From Spirochaetia bacterium (GTDB lineage Bacteria > Spirochaetota > Spirochaetia > DSM-2461), in contig OY764216.1 of NCBI GenBank assembly GCA_963668315.1, positions 2,016,001 through 2,080,000 of the forward strand: 64,000 nucleotides of DNA. Direction: 5' to 3'. Shown one piece after another: positions 8,479-18,584 of this stretch. Position 1 is the stretch's first letter, and each line of letters begins with the position of its first letter. The notes under the pieces were generated by a model. The model did no database searches, was not told the DNA's origin, and saw nothing but the letters and a program-made list of their open reading frames with translations. The translations under genes were made by a program, and so were the position numbers.

Positions 8479-10407
8479 ATGACAGATGAACAGCCGCTGA
8501 TTTATTTCATAAGGAAAATCGCTCTTTCCCTGGCCCTGGGGGTTCTGGGCCTGATTATAAATCTCCACAGCCTGACTTTTAGCTACCTGAACCTGGATCT
8601 CAATCTGTCTCTGGGATACGTTTTTCCCCTTCTCATCTCCCTGGCATGGGGAAATCTCTTTGCTCTGCCTTCGGTCCTCATTACCTCTCTCTTTGTTTTC
8701 TCTCAGTCCAGGGACGGGGGAGGATCAATGGTATATCTCTATCTCGTCTATACTCTCTGGGTTCCTCTTATCGGCAGAATGGAGCAGAAGAGAAAATGGG
8801 CTTCGGGAAACAGGTTTATCCCCTATTATGCCCTATTTCTCTATTCTGTGCTTGTGATAATCGGCTATCTTCTCATCTATAATCTGATTACGCCCCGGGC
8901 TCTGCCTAAGAGCACGCTTTTTATCTACTCATACGGCGATAACATGACAATGCTCTCCTGTCTGAATCTGGGAAACCTGCTTCTGATGCTGCCCCCCGTC
9001 CGGTATCTTCTCGATCTGGAAAAGCAGTCGGAACTGAAAACCCGCATGGGATATTACTATATTTTGGGAGCTCTGCTGGGGCTGTTTCTCGTCTGGGGTC
9101 TGACCCTGGCCGCCGAAACCCTTATCGAAAGCCGCACGCTGCCATCCCCTTCCTCCCGGGAAGGAAGGATGGCCGAACTTCTGCTAAACCATCTCCTTTA
9201 TCTGAATCTTATTATTGTCCTGGCTATCGCCCTTTTCAGAAACTGGGAGCTGCAGAGCGATACGGAAAGGAAAATCATTGAGAGAAAGGATATTCTGGAA
9301 CAGATTATGAGCAAGATCTCCGAAGGGGTTCTTCTTATAGACGGAGAATGGAAGGTCCGTTACGCCAATGCGGCGGCCATGGCTCTGGGGAACTATACGG
9401 TCAAGGATCTGGGGAAATCGATTAATCGGGTCGTATCCCTTTATTCCGCCGATTCGGGAAAGCCTTTCAGCCATAAGGACGCGGTGGATCTGCTTACTTC
9501 CGAAGAGGCCGTCACCTGCCTTTTGAACACCGGCCCGGGAAAATTTCGCCGGATCGTCATTACCCTGCTCCCTCTGAAGGAGAAAAAGTACGGATTCTGC
9601 TATTTATCCCTGATCAGGGACATTACCGAAGCTTACGAGCAGGAACAGAAAAATATCCATACCCAGAAACAGGAAGCCATAGGCCGGCTGGTGGGGGGCG
9701 TGTCCCATGATTTCAATAACCGCCTGGCCGGTATCATGGGTTTTGCCCAGCTTATCTACAAAACCCGTAATATGAGTGAAATACGGTATTATGCCGATCA
9801 GATCGTAGCCAGTGCCGAGTCGGCCTCCGACCTGACTTCACAGCTGCTCACCCTCTCCCGCAAGAGGCCCCTCAAGAGGACCCGCTTTTCTCTGAACGAT
9901 CTGGTCAGGAGTCTGGTCCCCCTGCTGAATCATACCATCAGCAAGGGGATTCGCATTCAAACCAGCCTTAGTGAATATGAACTCATAATTGAAGGGGACA
10001 GGTCTCTCATGGAAAACGCTCTGCTGAATCTGGCCATCAACGGGGCTTACGCGATGAAACGCAAGGGGACTCTTTCCCTCGAAACGGCTCTACGCCACTT
10101 TGATGAGGCTTACTGCCTCAGAAGCGCTTCCCCCATCACTCCCGGTGTATACGGTGTCATTCGTATTTATGATACGGGAACGGGTATTTCCGGGGAAATC
10201 ATGGAGAAAATTTTCGATCCCTTCTTTACCACCAAGAAAGAGGGGGAAGGAACCGGTTTGGGATTATCCACGGTCAAGGAGATCGTGGAAAAGCATAAGG
10301 GGGAAATTCAGGTCTCCAGTGTGATAGGGGAGGGGACGGTTTTTACCATCAGCCTCCCCCTGGCTCAGGAGAGGGAAAGCGCCATGGCTCCCATGACATC
10401 CGGATAG
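8479..10407 (+). CDS. Multi-TM, PAS-containing sensor histidine kinase (no receiver domain)
   Basis: About 7 TM segments, PAS-like ISEGVLLIDGEWKVRYAN, SHDFNNRL H-box, DTGTGI, FDPFFTTK, GTGLGL. Start set at ATG 8479 after TTGCAT-17-TAGATT. Confidence 0.9.
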   Translation: MTDEQPLIYFIRKIALSLALGVLGLIINLHSLTFSYLNLDLNLSLGYVFPLLISLAWGNLFALPSVLITSLFVFSQSRDGGGSMVYLYLVYTLWVPLIGRMEQKRKWASGNRFIPYYALFLYSVLVIIGYLLIYNLITPRALPKSTLFIYSYGDNMTMLSCLNLGNLLLMLPPVRYLLDLEKQSELKTRMGYYYILGALLGLFLVWGLTLAAETLIESRTLPSPSSREGRMAELLLNHLLYLNLIIVLAIALFRNWELQSDTERKIIERKDILEQIMSKISEGVLLIDGEWKVRYANAAAMALGNYTVKDLGKSINRVVSLYSADSGKPFSHKDAVDLLTSEEAVTCLLNTGPGKFRRIVITLLPLKEKKYGFCYLSLIRDITEAYEQEQKNIHTQKQEAIGRLVGGVSHDFNNRLAGIMGFAQLIYKTRNMSEIRYYADQIVASAESASDLTSQLLTLSRKRPLKRTRFSLNDLVRSLVPLLNHTISKGIRIQTSLSEYELIIEGDRSLMENALLNLAINGAYAMKRKGTLSLETALRHFDEAYCLRSASPITPGVYGVIRIYDTGTGISGEIMEKIFDPFFTTKKEGEGTGLGLSTVKEIVEKHKGEIQVSSVIGEGTVFTISLPLAQERESAMAPMTSG

Positions 10408-11015
10408 GGACGGAAGTTTTCCACCTGGAATCCCCCCAGGGAAGGATCCCCCGAAATGCGGGGAACCGTGTAATCCTTGAGTCCCCCCGGCAGTCCCTTT
10501 CCCGTCCCTTTGAGGTAGGCTTCCTTCTGTGTCCAGATTTCAAAGAAGCACTCTTCCATTCTCTCCTTCTCCCTGAAGCCCTCCAGAACCTTAGTCTCTT
10601 CCTCGGAGAAGAAATGGCGGGCCAGATTCAGGCAGTCCCTGTCCCGTACCTCTTCGACATCCACCCCGGTCTCGCCTTTCTCCGATGAGATGAACGCCAC
10701 CACGCCGGCGGAATGGGATATGTTGAAACGGAGTTCCCGGTGATTCGTCAGGTAGGGCTTGCCCCCTTCCCGGAGGGAAAAACGGATCTGATCCGGCGGA
10801 CAGCCCAGCTTTTCCCCCAGAAGGGTTTTGGAAAAGAGCCGGGCGATCAGATACATCTCGCGGGAGGGTATGTGGGAGAAACGATAATACCGCTCCTCCT
10901 CTTCCGCCGTCATAAGCAGGAGTCCCTCCCGTTCCATAGAGGAGGAGAGGGGAGAGGAGAGGCGTGTCCAGAAGAGCTCCGGGTACCGGTCGTACCGGTG
11001 AATCTCCAGTTCCAT
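10365..11015 (-). CDS. Sfp-type 4'-phosphopantetheinyl transferase
   Basis: GKPYL, FNISHS, GVDVE and WTQKEAYLKGTGKG motifs. Confidence 0.9.
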   Translation of the reverse strand: MELEIHRYDRYPELFWTRLSSPLSSSMEREGLLLMTAEEEERYYRFSHIPSREMYLIARLFSKTLLGEKLGCPPDQIRFSLREGGKPYLTNHRELRFNISHSAGVVAFISSEKGETGVDVEEVRDRDCLNLARHFFSEEETKVLEGFREKERMEECFFEIWTQKEAYLKGTGKGLPGGLKDYTVPRISGDPSLGGFQVENFRPYPDVMGAMALSLS

Positions 11016-11018
11016 TTC

Positions 11019-11927
11019 TTACCCCTTGAGACTCCGGGGATAGCGGCCCTCTTCAATGAGCGCGGCCAGGGAGGCGGTTACCCGGGGTTTGTCCTCCCGG
11101 TAGGTAACACCGAACCAGCTGTCCCGGCTGTGAAGGACCTCCACCCGGGAGATGTCTTTTTTGATCATCTCGTCAATGGCGAAGGGGAGATAGAATTCCG
11201 ATTTTTCCTCATCAATTCGCTCGCTGAGAAATTCGGTGAATAACTTTTCCAGATGGGCAAAGAGGGCGGGGGTGAATCCCCACATATTCATGGAGACAAT
11301 CTCTTCTCCCGTGAAGGCCACTTCTTCTCCCCTGCCGTTCGTTCCCCGTATCTCCTTACCGGATCGTCCGATTCCCGTATGCTCTTCCACATCCGTAAGG
11401 AAGGACCGGCCGTCTCTTGTGCAGATGCCCCGGGAAACGGTACCGTGATCGGAGAGGGTTTTCTCCAGGGTGAAGCCGCACATGGAAAAATCGGTGGACG
11501 CCGGATCGCGGGAAGAGAGCCAGTCCGCCAGAAGGGCGAATCCGCTCTGACCGTAGAAATCATCGGCGTTAATAGCGGCGAAAGGCTCGTTCACCACATT
11601 CCGGGCGGCCCAGACGGCGTGACCGGTTCCCCAGGGTTTACTCCTCTCCTCCGGTCTTGTAAAGTCTCCGGGAAGATCATCCAGGTCCTGATAGGCGTAC
11701 TCCACGGGAATCATCCCTTCATAGCGGCTTCCTATCTGCTCCCTGAAATCCTTTTCGATATCCTTTCTTATTATAAAGACGACCTTTCCGAAACCGGCTC
11801 TTTTGGCGTCGAAGACGGAATAGTCAATGATGAATTCTCCTTCAGGTCCAACTGGATCAATCTGCTTCAAACCTCCGTATCGGCTGCCCATTCCTGCCGC
11901 CAGTACGACGAGTGTCGGTTTTACCAT
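11019..11927 (-). CDS. Sugar-phosphate nucleotidyltransferase
   Basis: LAAGMGSRYGGLKQ, KPWGTGHA and INADDFYG motifs. Confidence 0.9.
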   Translation of the reverse strand: MVKPTLVVLAAGMGSRYGGLKQIDPVGPEGEFIIDYSVFDAKRAGFGKVVFIIRKDIEKDFREQIGSRYEGMIPVEYAYQDLDDLPGDFTRPEERSKPWGTGHAVWAARNVVNEPFAAINADDFYGQSGFALLADWLSSRDPASTDFSMCGFTLEKTLSDHGTVSRGICTRDGRSFLTDVEEHTGIGRSGKEIRGTNGRGEEVAFTGEEIVSMNMWGFTPALFAHLEKLFTEFLSERIDEEKSEFYLPFAIDEMIKKDISRVEVLHSRDSWFGVTYREDKPRVTASLAALIEEGRYPRSLKG

Positions 11928-12134
11928 GCTTATCCCCTATGTTATTAATCTATACGGTCTAAAAATAGCACCGCCGGCCTATCTTGACCAGACCCCGGGG
12001 TGAAACTTTTTTCATTAACCCCCTTTTCCCGGGGAATGCCATATTCCCGCCACAAAGAGCTTTTCGTATCCTCTTTTCCCCTTGTTATTCTCTCCATACC
12101 GGCCCATAATTAAAGGAATAATGAGGGAGGAATC

Positions 12135-13316
12135 ATGGATAGGGTTCGCATATTGACCGAAAAGGAAGAGCTGTCCCAATACGCCCGGATCTGTTCCTAC
12201 TGCTTTCTCGACCGGACCGGATGGACGGAACGGCTTCTCAGGCCCGGAGTCATCGAGGGATCAGTCTACGGGTGCGAAGCGGAGGGTCGGATCATGTCCG
12301 GAGTTATCTCCTTCGACCTGTCCTTTTCCTACTGGGGCATGAACCGGATAGCCTCTTCCGGCATAGGCTGCGTGGCCTCCGACCCGTCTGTGAGGAACAG
12401 GGGACATATACGGAGCATCATGAACCGCCTTCTCAGGGATAACTACCGGGAGGGGAAGATCCTCTCCTTTCTTTACCCCTTCAGCTACCGATATTACGGC
12501 ATGTTCGGCTACGGGACGATGGGGCACGCCGCCCAGTACAGGTTCGATCCCTCCGAGCTGACGGTCCGGGAGGTTCCCGAAGGGGGATTCGATTTTTTCG
12601 ACCGATCGGAGAGACAGTACGACGAGTACCTCTATGTGAAAAATCACTGGTCAAGCGGTTTCCACGGAGGAGTGAAGGAGACCATCGGCAACAGCCCCAG
12701 GGAGTCCTTTCTCGAAGAGATGGAGAGGGACAGGCGTTTCCTCTCCTTCTACCGGAATGAAGAGGGTGAAGCCCGTGGATTTCTTCTTTATAAAATGGAG
12801 GAGGGCGGTACCGGACAGATCATAAGTATTATCCAGTCGGCCTGGTTGGATAATCATGCCTTTCGCAGCCTGATCCATTATCTCTGGAGGCACCGGAGCC
12901 AGGTCAAGTCCGTTCTCTGGACGCTGCCCCTTTCGGTTCCCCTGGAAATGCTCACCCGGGAACCGCGTATCCCCCGGGAGGATCGGCAGATGTGGATGGG
13001 CCGTCCTGTGAATGTTCCGAAGGCTTTGGAGATGAAGAGCGCCTACATGCCTGCGGCAGAACCCTTTGCCTTCTCCCTGAAAGATCCGGTTATCCCCGAA
13101 AACAGCGGAAGCTATTATCTGGAGGGAGATGCGGTTCGCTTCAGGGAAGGGGACTATTCGGAACGGGAGCTGGAATTCTCCGTTTTCTCCGCCATGGTTA
13201 TGGGAGGTCTTTCCCTGGAAGAAGGGAAGGCGGCCGGGCTGGTTGAGGAGGATTTTTCCGCCGACGGAACCTATCTGTCCCGCCTGAAGAATATCTGCAT
13301 CACCAGGGGATTCTGA
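12135..13316 (+). CDS. Eis-like GNAT acetyltransferase
   Basis: GIGCVASDPSVRNRGH acetyl-CoA motif, LYPFSYRYYGMFGY, C-terminal LKDPVIPENSG SCP2-like segment. Confidence 0.85.
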   Translation: MDRVRILTEKEELSQYARICSYCFLDRTGWTERLLRPGVIEGSVYGCEAEGRIMSGVISFDLSFSYWGMNRIASSGIGCVASDPSVRNRGHIRSIMNRLLRDNYREGKILSFLYPFSYRYYGMFGYGTMGHAAQYRFDPSELTVREVPEGGFDFFDRSERQYDEYLYVKNHWSSGFHGGVKETIGNSPRESFLEEMERDRRFLSFYRNEEGEARGFLLYKMEEGGTGQIISIIQSAWLDNHAFRSLIHYLWRHRSQVKSVLWTLPLSVPLEMLTREPRIPREDRQMWMGRPVNVPKALEMKSAYMPAAEPFAFSLKDPVIPENSGSYYLEGDAVRFREGDYSERELEFSVFSAMVMGGLSLEEGKAAGLVEEDFSADGTYLSRLKNICITRGF

Positions 13317-13889
13317 TCAGCCGTCCCGTTTTTCCAGTTCGGCCAGAACATCGAAGACGGTCAGATCGGCCGCTTCAAGGAGTACCAGTAGATGGTAGAT
13401 AAGATCGGCCGATTCATAGAGAATATCCTTCTTATCCATGGCCAGGAGTAGCTCCACCGCTTCTTCGCCGGTTTTCTTTTTGATCTTCTCCATACCCTTG
13501 GAGAAAAGGTGGGTCGTGTAGGAGCCTTCGGGCATCTCCCTGTGACGCTGCTGTATGGTAGCCGTCAGCTTAGCCAGAAAATCGCTGTTCTCCGACCGGT
13601 CATCCAGAGCCACGTGGTCATGCTTTTCCACATCGGTTTCACCCTTCTTCATGGAAAAGGGAAGGGCCGATGCTCCGGCGGGAAGCAGAGCTTCATATCC
13701 CCGGTCCGTCTCTTCCAGTTTCAAAAAGGACGGTTCCCCCTCCCAGGGCAGAATGCGGCCCGTTTCGGGATGGCTGATCCAGAGTGTTCCCTGCTCGCGG
13801 CTTTTACTATAGCCCTTGGGACTCATCAGGGCGGCCAGGGAAGGCCCGTTTTCAATGGAGACAAAGAGGGGATATAAGCTTTCTTTCAT
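13317..13889 (-). CDS. hisE: Phosphoribosyl-ATP diphosphatase with degenerate HisI-like N-terminus
   Basis: C-terminal GSYTTHLF...KKTGEEAVE...ESADLIYHLLVLL HisE motif. Confidence 0.85.
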   Translation of the reverse strand: MKESLYPLFVSIENGPSLAALMSPKGYSKSREQGTLWISHPETGRILPWEGEPSFLKLEETDRGYEALLPAGASALPFSMKKGETDVEKHDHVALDDRSENSDFLAKLTATIQQRHREMPEGSYTTHLFSKGMEKIKKKTGEEAVELLLAMDKKDILYESADLIYHLLVLLEAADLTVFDVLAELEKRDG

Positions 13890-13901
13890 AGGACTCGCCC
13901 C

Positions 13902-14867
13902 TTATGCCTTGGGATTGGCGTACTGCAGGTTCTGGTAGAAATGGCGTCTCTCCTGGAGGGAGGTTTTCACTTTTCCGCGGAAATCGTCCACCGATGCGAA
14001 CCCTTTTTCATCCATCCACTCTTCCAGTCCCGCCACCAGCTTGCCGAAGAAGTCGATACCGTTCTTATAGAGGACCGAACATACCTGAACCGTGGTGGCT
14101 CCGGCCAGCAGAAGCTTGATGACGTCTTCCGGGGTATGAACGCCCCGGCTGGCGGATATCTGGGGTTTGACCATGGAGGAGAGGAGGCCGGTCCACCGGA
14201 GGGTCTCGGCCAGCTCGCTCTCCGCAGAGAAGGGGATGCCCGTGGTGAAGGTCATTTTGTCAATATTGATGTCCGGCTGCCAGAACCGGTTGAAAAGGAC
14301 AAGTCCCTCCACGTCCGTATGGCCTAGTTCGCCGGCGAAGTGGGGCAGGGATGTGTAGTTGCTGCCTATTTTAACCGCCAGGGGCAGATCCAGTTCCTTC
14401 TTCAGTTTACCAATGAGTTTAACCGCCTGCTTCTCCATATCCTGGCTGCGGAAACTCAGGTCTTCCGCCATGGGGGAGAGGTTGATCTCCACCGCCGAAG
14501 CGCCCGCTTCCTTCATATAGCGGACATAGTCGCCCCAGTCTTCCAGGGAGTGGCAGTTGATGCTGGCGATAAGGGGAATATCCACCTGCTTGCTCATCTC
14601 GCCGATAAAGGCCAGATAGGAGGCGGGCTTCTTTTCCAGGCCTACGTTCTGAATCCACAGATCCGTACCGGGCTGTATCTCCTCGGTGACCGCGATATCG
14701 TCGGTCCCGCGAATATCTTCTTCAAAAAGGGATTTCAAAACCACGGCGCCGGCTCCCATATCGGCCAGTCTTTTAATGGTATCCACTCTACCGGTTAATG
14801 AAGAACTGGAAACGATTAGGGGGCTTTTCAATTCGAGCCCCAGATAATTAGTTTTTAATGATGCCAT
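13902..14867 (-). CDS. Dihydroorotate dehydrogenase-like flavoprotein
   Basis: YLGLELKSPL, GAVVLKSLFEE, LVLFNRFWQPD, LLAGATTVQVCS. Confidence 0.85.
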   Translation of the reverse strand: MASLKTNYLGLELKSPLIVSSSSLTGRVDTIKRLADMGAGAVVLKSLFEEDIRGTDDIAVTEEIQPGTDLWIQNVGLEKKPASYLAFIGEMSKQVDIPLIASINCHSLEDWGDYVRYMKEAGASAVEINLSPMAEDLSFRSQDMEKQAVKLIGKLKKELDLPLAVKIGSNYTSLPHFAGELGHTDVEGLVLFNRFWQPDINIDKMTFTTGIPFSAESELAETLRWTGLLSSMVKPQISASRGVHTPEDVIKLLLAGATTVQVCSVLYKNGIDFFGKLVAGLEEWMDEKGFASVDDFRGKVKTSLQERRHFYQNLQYANPKA

Positions 14868-15079
14868 GGGATGGATCTCCTCTCATTCTGTAGTTTTTAG
14901 GAAGTCTGATGTAAGGGATTATTATTTCCCGTCTACTCTAACGCATATTGTAGGGGAAAGGTGTAAAAAAATCAATCTGAATGTGAAGATAGAAGGAACT
15001 CCGGGGAATCAGACTTGACTTTGGAAATTGAATATAGTAAAATACATATATTAAAATGAAGTTACCCGGAGGTATTCGT

Positions 15080-15310
15080 ATGTCAGTAACAGTTTATTCA
15101 ACCCCTTCCTGTTCCTATTGCCGCTTGGCCAAGGATTACCTGAAGAATCATAATATTCCCTTCAGCGAGTACAACGTCGCCTCCAACAGGGCCAAAGCGG
15201 AGGAGATGGTCCGGAAGTCGGGACAGATGGGAGTTCCCGTGCTGGATATCAACGGGCGCATTCTGGTGGGATTCAACCCGGATGCCATAGAAAAAGCCCT
15301 TCACCGTTAG
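15080..15310 (+). CDS. Glutaredoxin-like protein (NrdH/YruB type)
   Basis: CSYC active site, GQMGVPV; GGAGG SD; upstream TTGACT-17-TAAAAT promoter. Confidence 0.9.
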   Translation: MSVTVYSTPSCSYCRLAKDYLKNHNIPFSEYNVASNRAKAEEMVRKSGQMGVPVLDINGRILVGFNPDAIEKALHR

Positions 15311-15366
15311 CGGAGTGCCCCCCTCTGAGCCTTGCTTTTTAGCCGTTCAGGGGGTATAGTCCCCTT

Positions 15367-16224
15367 ATGGATTTTCAGAAAATTTCAGACCGTATATGGT
15401 ATTGGAAGGGCGACTCCGAAAGGGGCTGGCCCAATATAGTCGCGTTCCTCGGAGATGATAAGACTCTTGTGGCTGACGCGGGAGCCTCTCCGGAACAGGC
15501 CGGGCTGGTTAAAAAGGCCCTGGAGAAGCTGGGCCGGAAAGCGGATTATCTGGTTCTCACCCACTGGCATTGGGATCACTCCTTCGGGCTGAGTGCCTGG
15601 GAGGGAACGGAAACCATGGGGCAGGAGAAGACCGTGGCCCTGCTGGAGGAACAGAGGGGATACGAATGGAATGACGATGCCCTCTACTGGCGAATGGAGC
15701 AGGGAATCGAATCGGAATTCACAGCCCGGATGATAAAGAAAGAGTATCCCGATCTTTCAAAAATCAGGATAGAACTTCCCAAGAGATACTTCGTCAGCGA
15801 AGAGAATATCGACCTGGGCGGTTTGACCTGCCGGGTGCAGCATATCCCCTGCGACCACGCCCTGGATAATACGGTTCTTTACGTCCCTGAGGAAAAATTC
15901 CTTTTTCTGGGAGACAGCCTGAACGAGAATATCTACTGCGAGAGCTGGCACTATACCCACGGCCGCCTTGCCATGGTCATAAACAGCCTCCGAGGATTCG
16001 ATACGGACCTGGCCCTGGAATCCCATGGGGAAGAACCGCTGGGCCGTGTGGAATTTGTCGATCTTCTGTGGCAGCTCCAGACGGTGAACGAGACGGTGCG
16101 CATCGCCGTGGAAGAGGGAAAGACCGGTGAGCTGGAAACCCTGCTCTCCCAGGCATTCGAAAGACCCCTGGTCGAAAGTGACGAGGAGTTAATGAAAGCC
16201 TGCCTGTACGGCTATTTCCAGTAG
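15367..16224 (+). CDS. MBL-fold metallo-hydrolase
   Basis: THWHWDH motif, DH, and FLGD. Confidence 0.85.
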   Translation: MDFQKISDRIWYWKGDSERGWPNIVAFLGDDKTLVADAGASPEQAGLVKKALEKLGRKADYLVLTHWHWDHSFGLSAWEGTETMGQEKTVALLEEQRGYEWNDDALYWRMEQGIESEFTARMIKKEYPDLSKIRIELPKRYFVSEENIDLGGLTCRVQHIPCDHALDNTVLYVPEEKFLFLGDSLNENIYCESWHYTHGRLAMVINSLRGFDTDLALESHGEEPLGRVEFVDLLWQLQTVNETVRIAVEEGKTGELETLLSQAFERPLVESDEELMKACLYGYFQ

Positions 16225-16232
16225 ACCCGCTT

Positions 16233-17771
16233 TCAGGTTCCTATCTCCCCGGAGTCAAGTTCGAACCAGAAGCATACGGCCCCGGGCAGATTCTCAACGC
16301 CGTAAAGGTTCCCATGCTGGTCCATTATCGCCTTTACGATGGAAAGGCCCAGTCCGTAGCCGCCGTGCTTCCGGGTGCGGGCCTTATCCACCTTGTAGTA
16401 GCTTTCCCATATCCTTTCCAGGTGTTCCGCTTCTATGGGGCGGCCCCTGTTCGTAACGGAGACTCGGGTTTTATCCGGTTTCCTCCGTTCCGTTTTGACG
16501 GTGATCACCTCTTCCCCTTCCTTATGGCGCAGGGCATTTTTCAGATAATTGGTGAGGACCTGCTCTATCATGGGCTTATCGGCATGGACAATCAGCGGAA
16601 CCTCTTCCTGAATCAGACAAAGACGGGAGTTTCCCATATGGCCCGACTCTTCAAATTTTTTTACCGTCTCCCCTGTGAGTTTATGGATATCGAAATAGCT
16701 CTTCTCCAGGGGATGAACGCCTGACTGAAGCTGGGAGAGATTCAGGAGCTGGTTCACGTGGTTTTCCATGCGCTGAGTTTCATCGAGTATGATTCGGCAG
16801 TAACTGTCCCGCTTGGCTTTGTCTCCGGCCACATTGTCCAGTAGGCCCTCGGCGTATCCCTCAATCAGGGAGATGGGGGTTCTCAGTTCGTGGGAGACAT
16901 TGGCGATAAAGCCCCGCCGCATCTCATCTATCTTTCTCTCCTTCTCTATCTCCTTGAGAAGTTCGGAATTCATTTTGTTCAGCTTGCCGATCGCCTCGCT
17001 GAGCTGGCAGGAGAGGGAATTGATGCTCCGTCCCAGCTCTCCCAGCTCATCATGACTGTTGACTTCGTATTTACGGCTGAAATCCAGCTCCGCCATGCTC
17101 TCGGCGATGGATGTGAGTTCCTTCACCGGGCGGGTGATGAACTTGGACATGAAAAGGGCGGCCCCCGTTCCCAGCAGGAGGAAGAACACTCCCGTAAAGA
17201 AGGTGAAGCGGGCGGCTATGGCGATGCTGTCATCTATGGACTCCATGGGGCGGGAGACGAGAAGAAGGATATCCTCATCGATTTTATAATACATGCTGAG
17301 CATGGATGAACCCATGGCATGTTTCATCTCCCTGAATACGTATTTTCTATCTTCCGAAAGGCGGTTCATTTCAGATATGATATCTTCGAAAATAGGAAAA
17401 GGGGGCTGCCGGAAGGGCAGGGCGCTGCTGTCGGGAAGGGGGGGGAGTTTCCTCTCTCCGGGATTCATAGGGCCGTCCGGCTTATTGGAGATCAGATCCA
17501 CCAGCCTGCCGTCCTTCTCCCAATACAGGGCGATCATGAAACCCTCTTTCACTTCCCGATCCATGAGGCTCTTTTCAAACATATCTCCCCTGTCCTCTCC
17601 GTAGTTCTCAGCCAGTTCTTCGCAAACGGCAAGAAAACTTTTACGCTGACGGATTAGGTAATAGGGTTTGAACAGGAGGCTGTTGAGCAGAAAGGAGATA
17701 AGGACGAATGCTGCGGAAAGGGCGGCTATCCACAGAAACATTTTGCCCCTTATGGACAGTTTCAATTTCAC
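16233..17771 (-). CDS. HAMP-domain sensor histidine kinase
   Basis: Two TMs, HAMP (DELGELGRSIN), VSHELRTP, GYGLGL. Confidence 0.95.
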   Translation of the reverse strand: MKLKLSIRGKMFLWIAALSAAFVLISFLLNSLLFKPYYLIRQRKSFLAVCEELAENYGEDRGDMFEKSLMDREVKEGFMIALYWEKDGRLVDLISNKPDGPMNPGERKLPPLPDSSALPFRQPPFPIFEDIISEMNRLSEDRKYVFREMKHAMGSSMLSMYYKIDEDILLLVSRPMESIDDSIAIAARFTFFTGVFFLLLGTGAALFMSKFITRPVKELTSIAESMAELDFSRKYEVNSHDELGELGRSINSLSCQLSEAIGKLNKMNSELLKEIEKERKIDEMRRGFIANVSHELRTPISLIEGYAEGLLDNVAGDKAKRDSYCRIILDETQRMENHVNQLLNLSQLQSGVHPLEKSYFDIHKLTGETVKKFEESGHMGNSRLCLIQEEVPLIVHADKPMIEQVLTNYLKNALRHKEGEEVITVKTERRKPDKTRVSVTNRGRPIEAEHLERIWESYYKVDKARTRKHGGYGLGLSIVKAIMDQHGNLYGVENLPGAVCFWFELDSGEIGT

Positions 17772-18430
17772 TAATGCGCCTCGAAGCGGTATCCGTAGTT
17801 CCTCACGGTCTTTATGCAGGAAGAGTGGGATCCCAGTTTCTTTCTCAGCTTTTTGATGTGCGTGTCGATGGTGCGCATCCCCTTGTAATACTGGAAATCC
17901 CAGATCTTATTGAGAATCTGTTCTCGGCTTAAGGCTCTGTCCTGATTTTCCATCAGCATAAGAAGCAGTTCGTACTCCTTGGGGGGAAGCTCCAGCTTTT
18001 TCCCGTCCACTCTGGCAAAACGACCGCTTTTATCTATGCAGATTGAACCCGATTCCAGACGGCTGTCTCCTCCGGTTTTCCTTTCCAGGGCATTCACCCG
18101 CGCCACCAGCGAACGGGGACTGAAGGGCTTTTTGATGTAGTCGTCCACGCCGAGTTCAAAGCCGAAGACCTCATCGTTCGTATCCACACGGGCTGTAAGC
18201 ATGAAAACGGGCACATCCGATTCCCTGCGTATTTCCCGGCAGACGGCCCAACCGTCAATTTCCGGCATCATCACGTCAAGTATAACCAGATCTATCCCCT
18301 TTTCCCTGTGAAAAAGAGCAAGCGCCTCCCGGCCGTTTTCCGCCTCGAGAGTGTCATAGCCCTCCCGGTGCAGATAGTCGCAGATCAGGTCCCGGATTCT
18401 TTTTTCATCATCAACAATGAGTATCCTCAT
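17771..18430 (-). CDS. OmpR/PhoB-family response regulator
   Basis: MRILIVDDE start at 18430; LDVMMP, KPFS, RTIDTHIKKLRKK. Confidence 0.95.
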   Translation of the reverse strand: MRILIVDDEKRIRDLICDYLHREGYDTLEAENGREALALFHREKGIDLVILDVMMPEIDGWAVCREIRRESDVPVFMLTARVDTNDEVFGFELGVDDYIKKPFSPRSLVARVNALERKTGGDSRLESGSICIDKSGRFARVDGKKLELPPKEYELLLMLMENQDRALSREQILNKIWDFQYYKGMRTIDTHIKKLRKKLGSHSSCIKTVRNYGYRFEAH

Positions 18431-18460
18431 GCCCTCAGAATAGCAGAAAAATGCCTTCGG

Positions 18461-18530
18461 GTCACAGATTAGGGAAAAGGTCACATAGAATTCACAATAA
18501 GAGTTTTCCCAGAGATCACAGAAGGGTCAT
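18461..18530 (+). promoter_or_regulatory. Putative PhoB/OmpR-type direct-repeat boxes
   Basis: TCACA at 18462, 18481, 18492 and 18516, plus TCAT at 18527; two pairs are 11 bp apart. Confidence 0.5.
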
Positions 18531-18584
18531 GCCCGTTTCAAAGTCGGTGAGTATAGTTGAAAAAAACGATAAAGGAGTCGGAAA

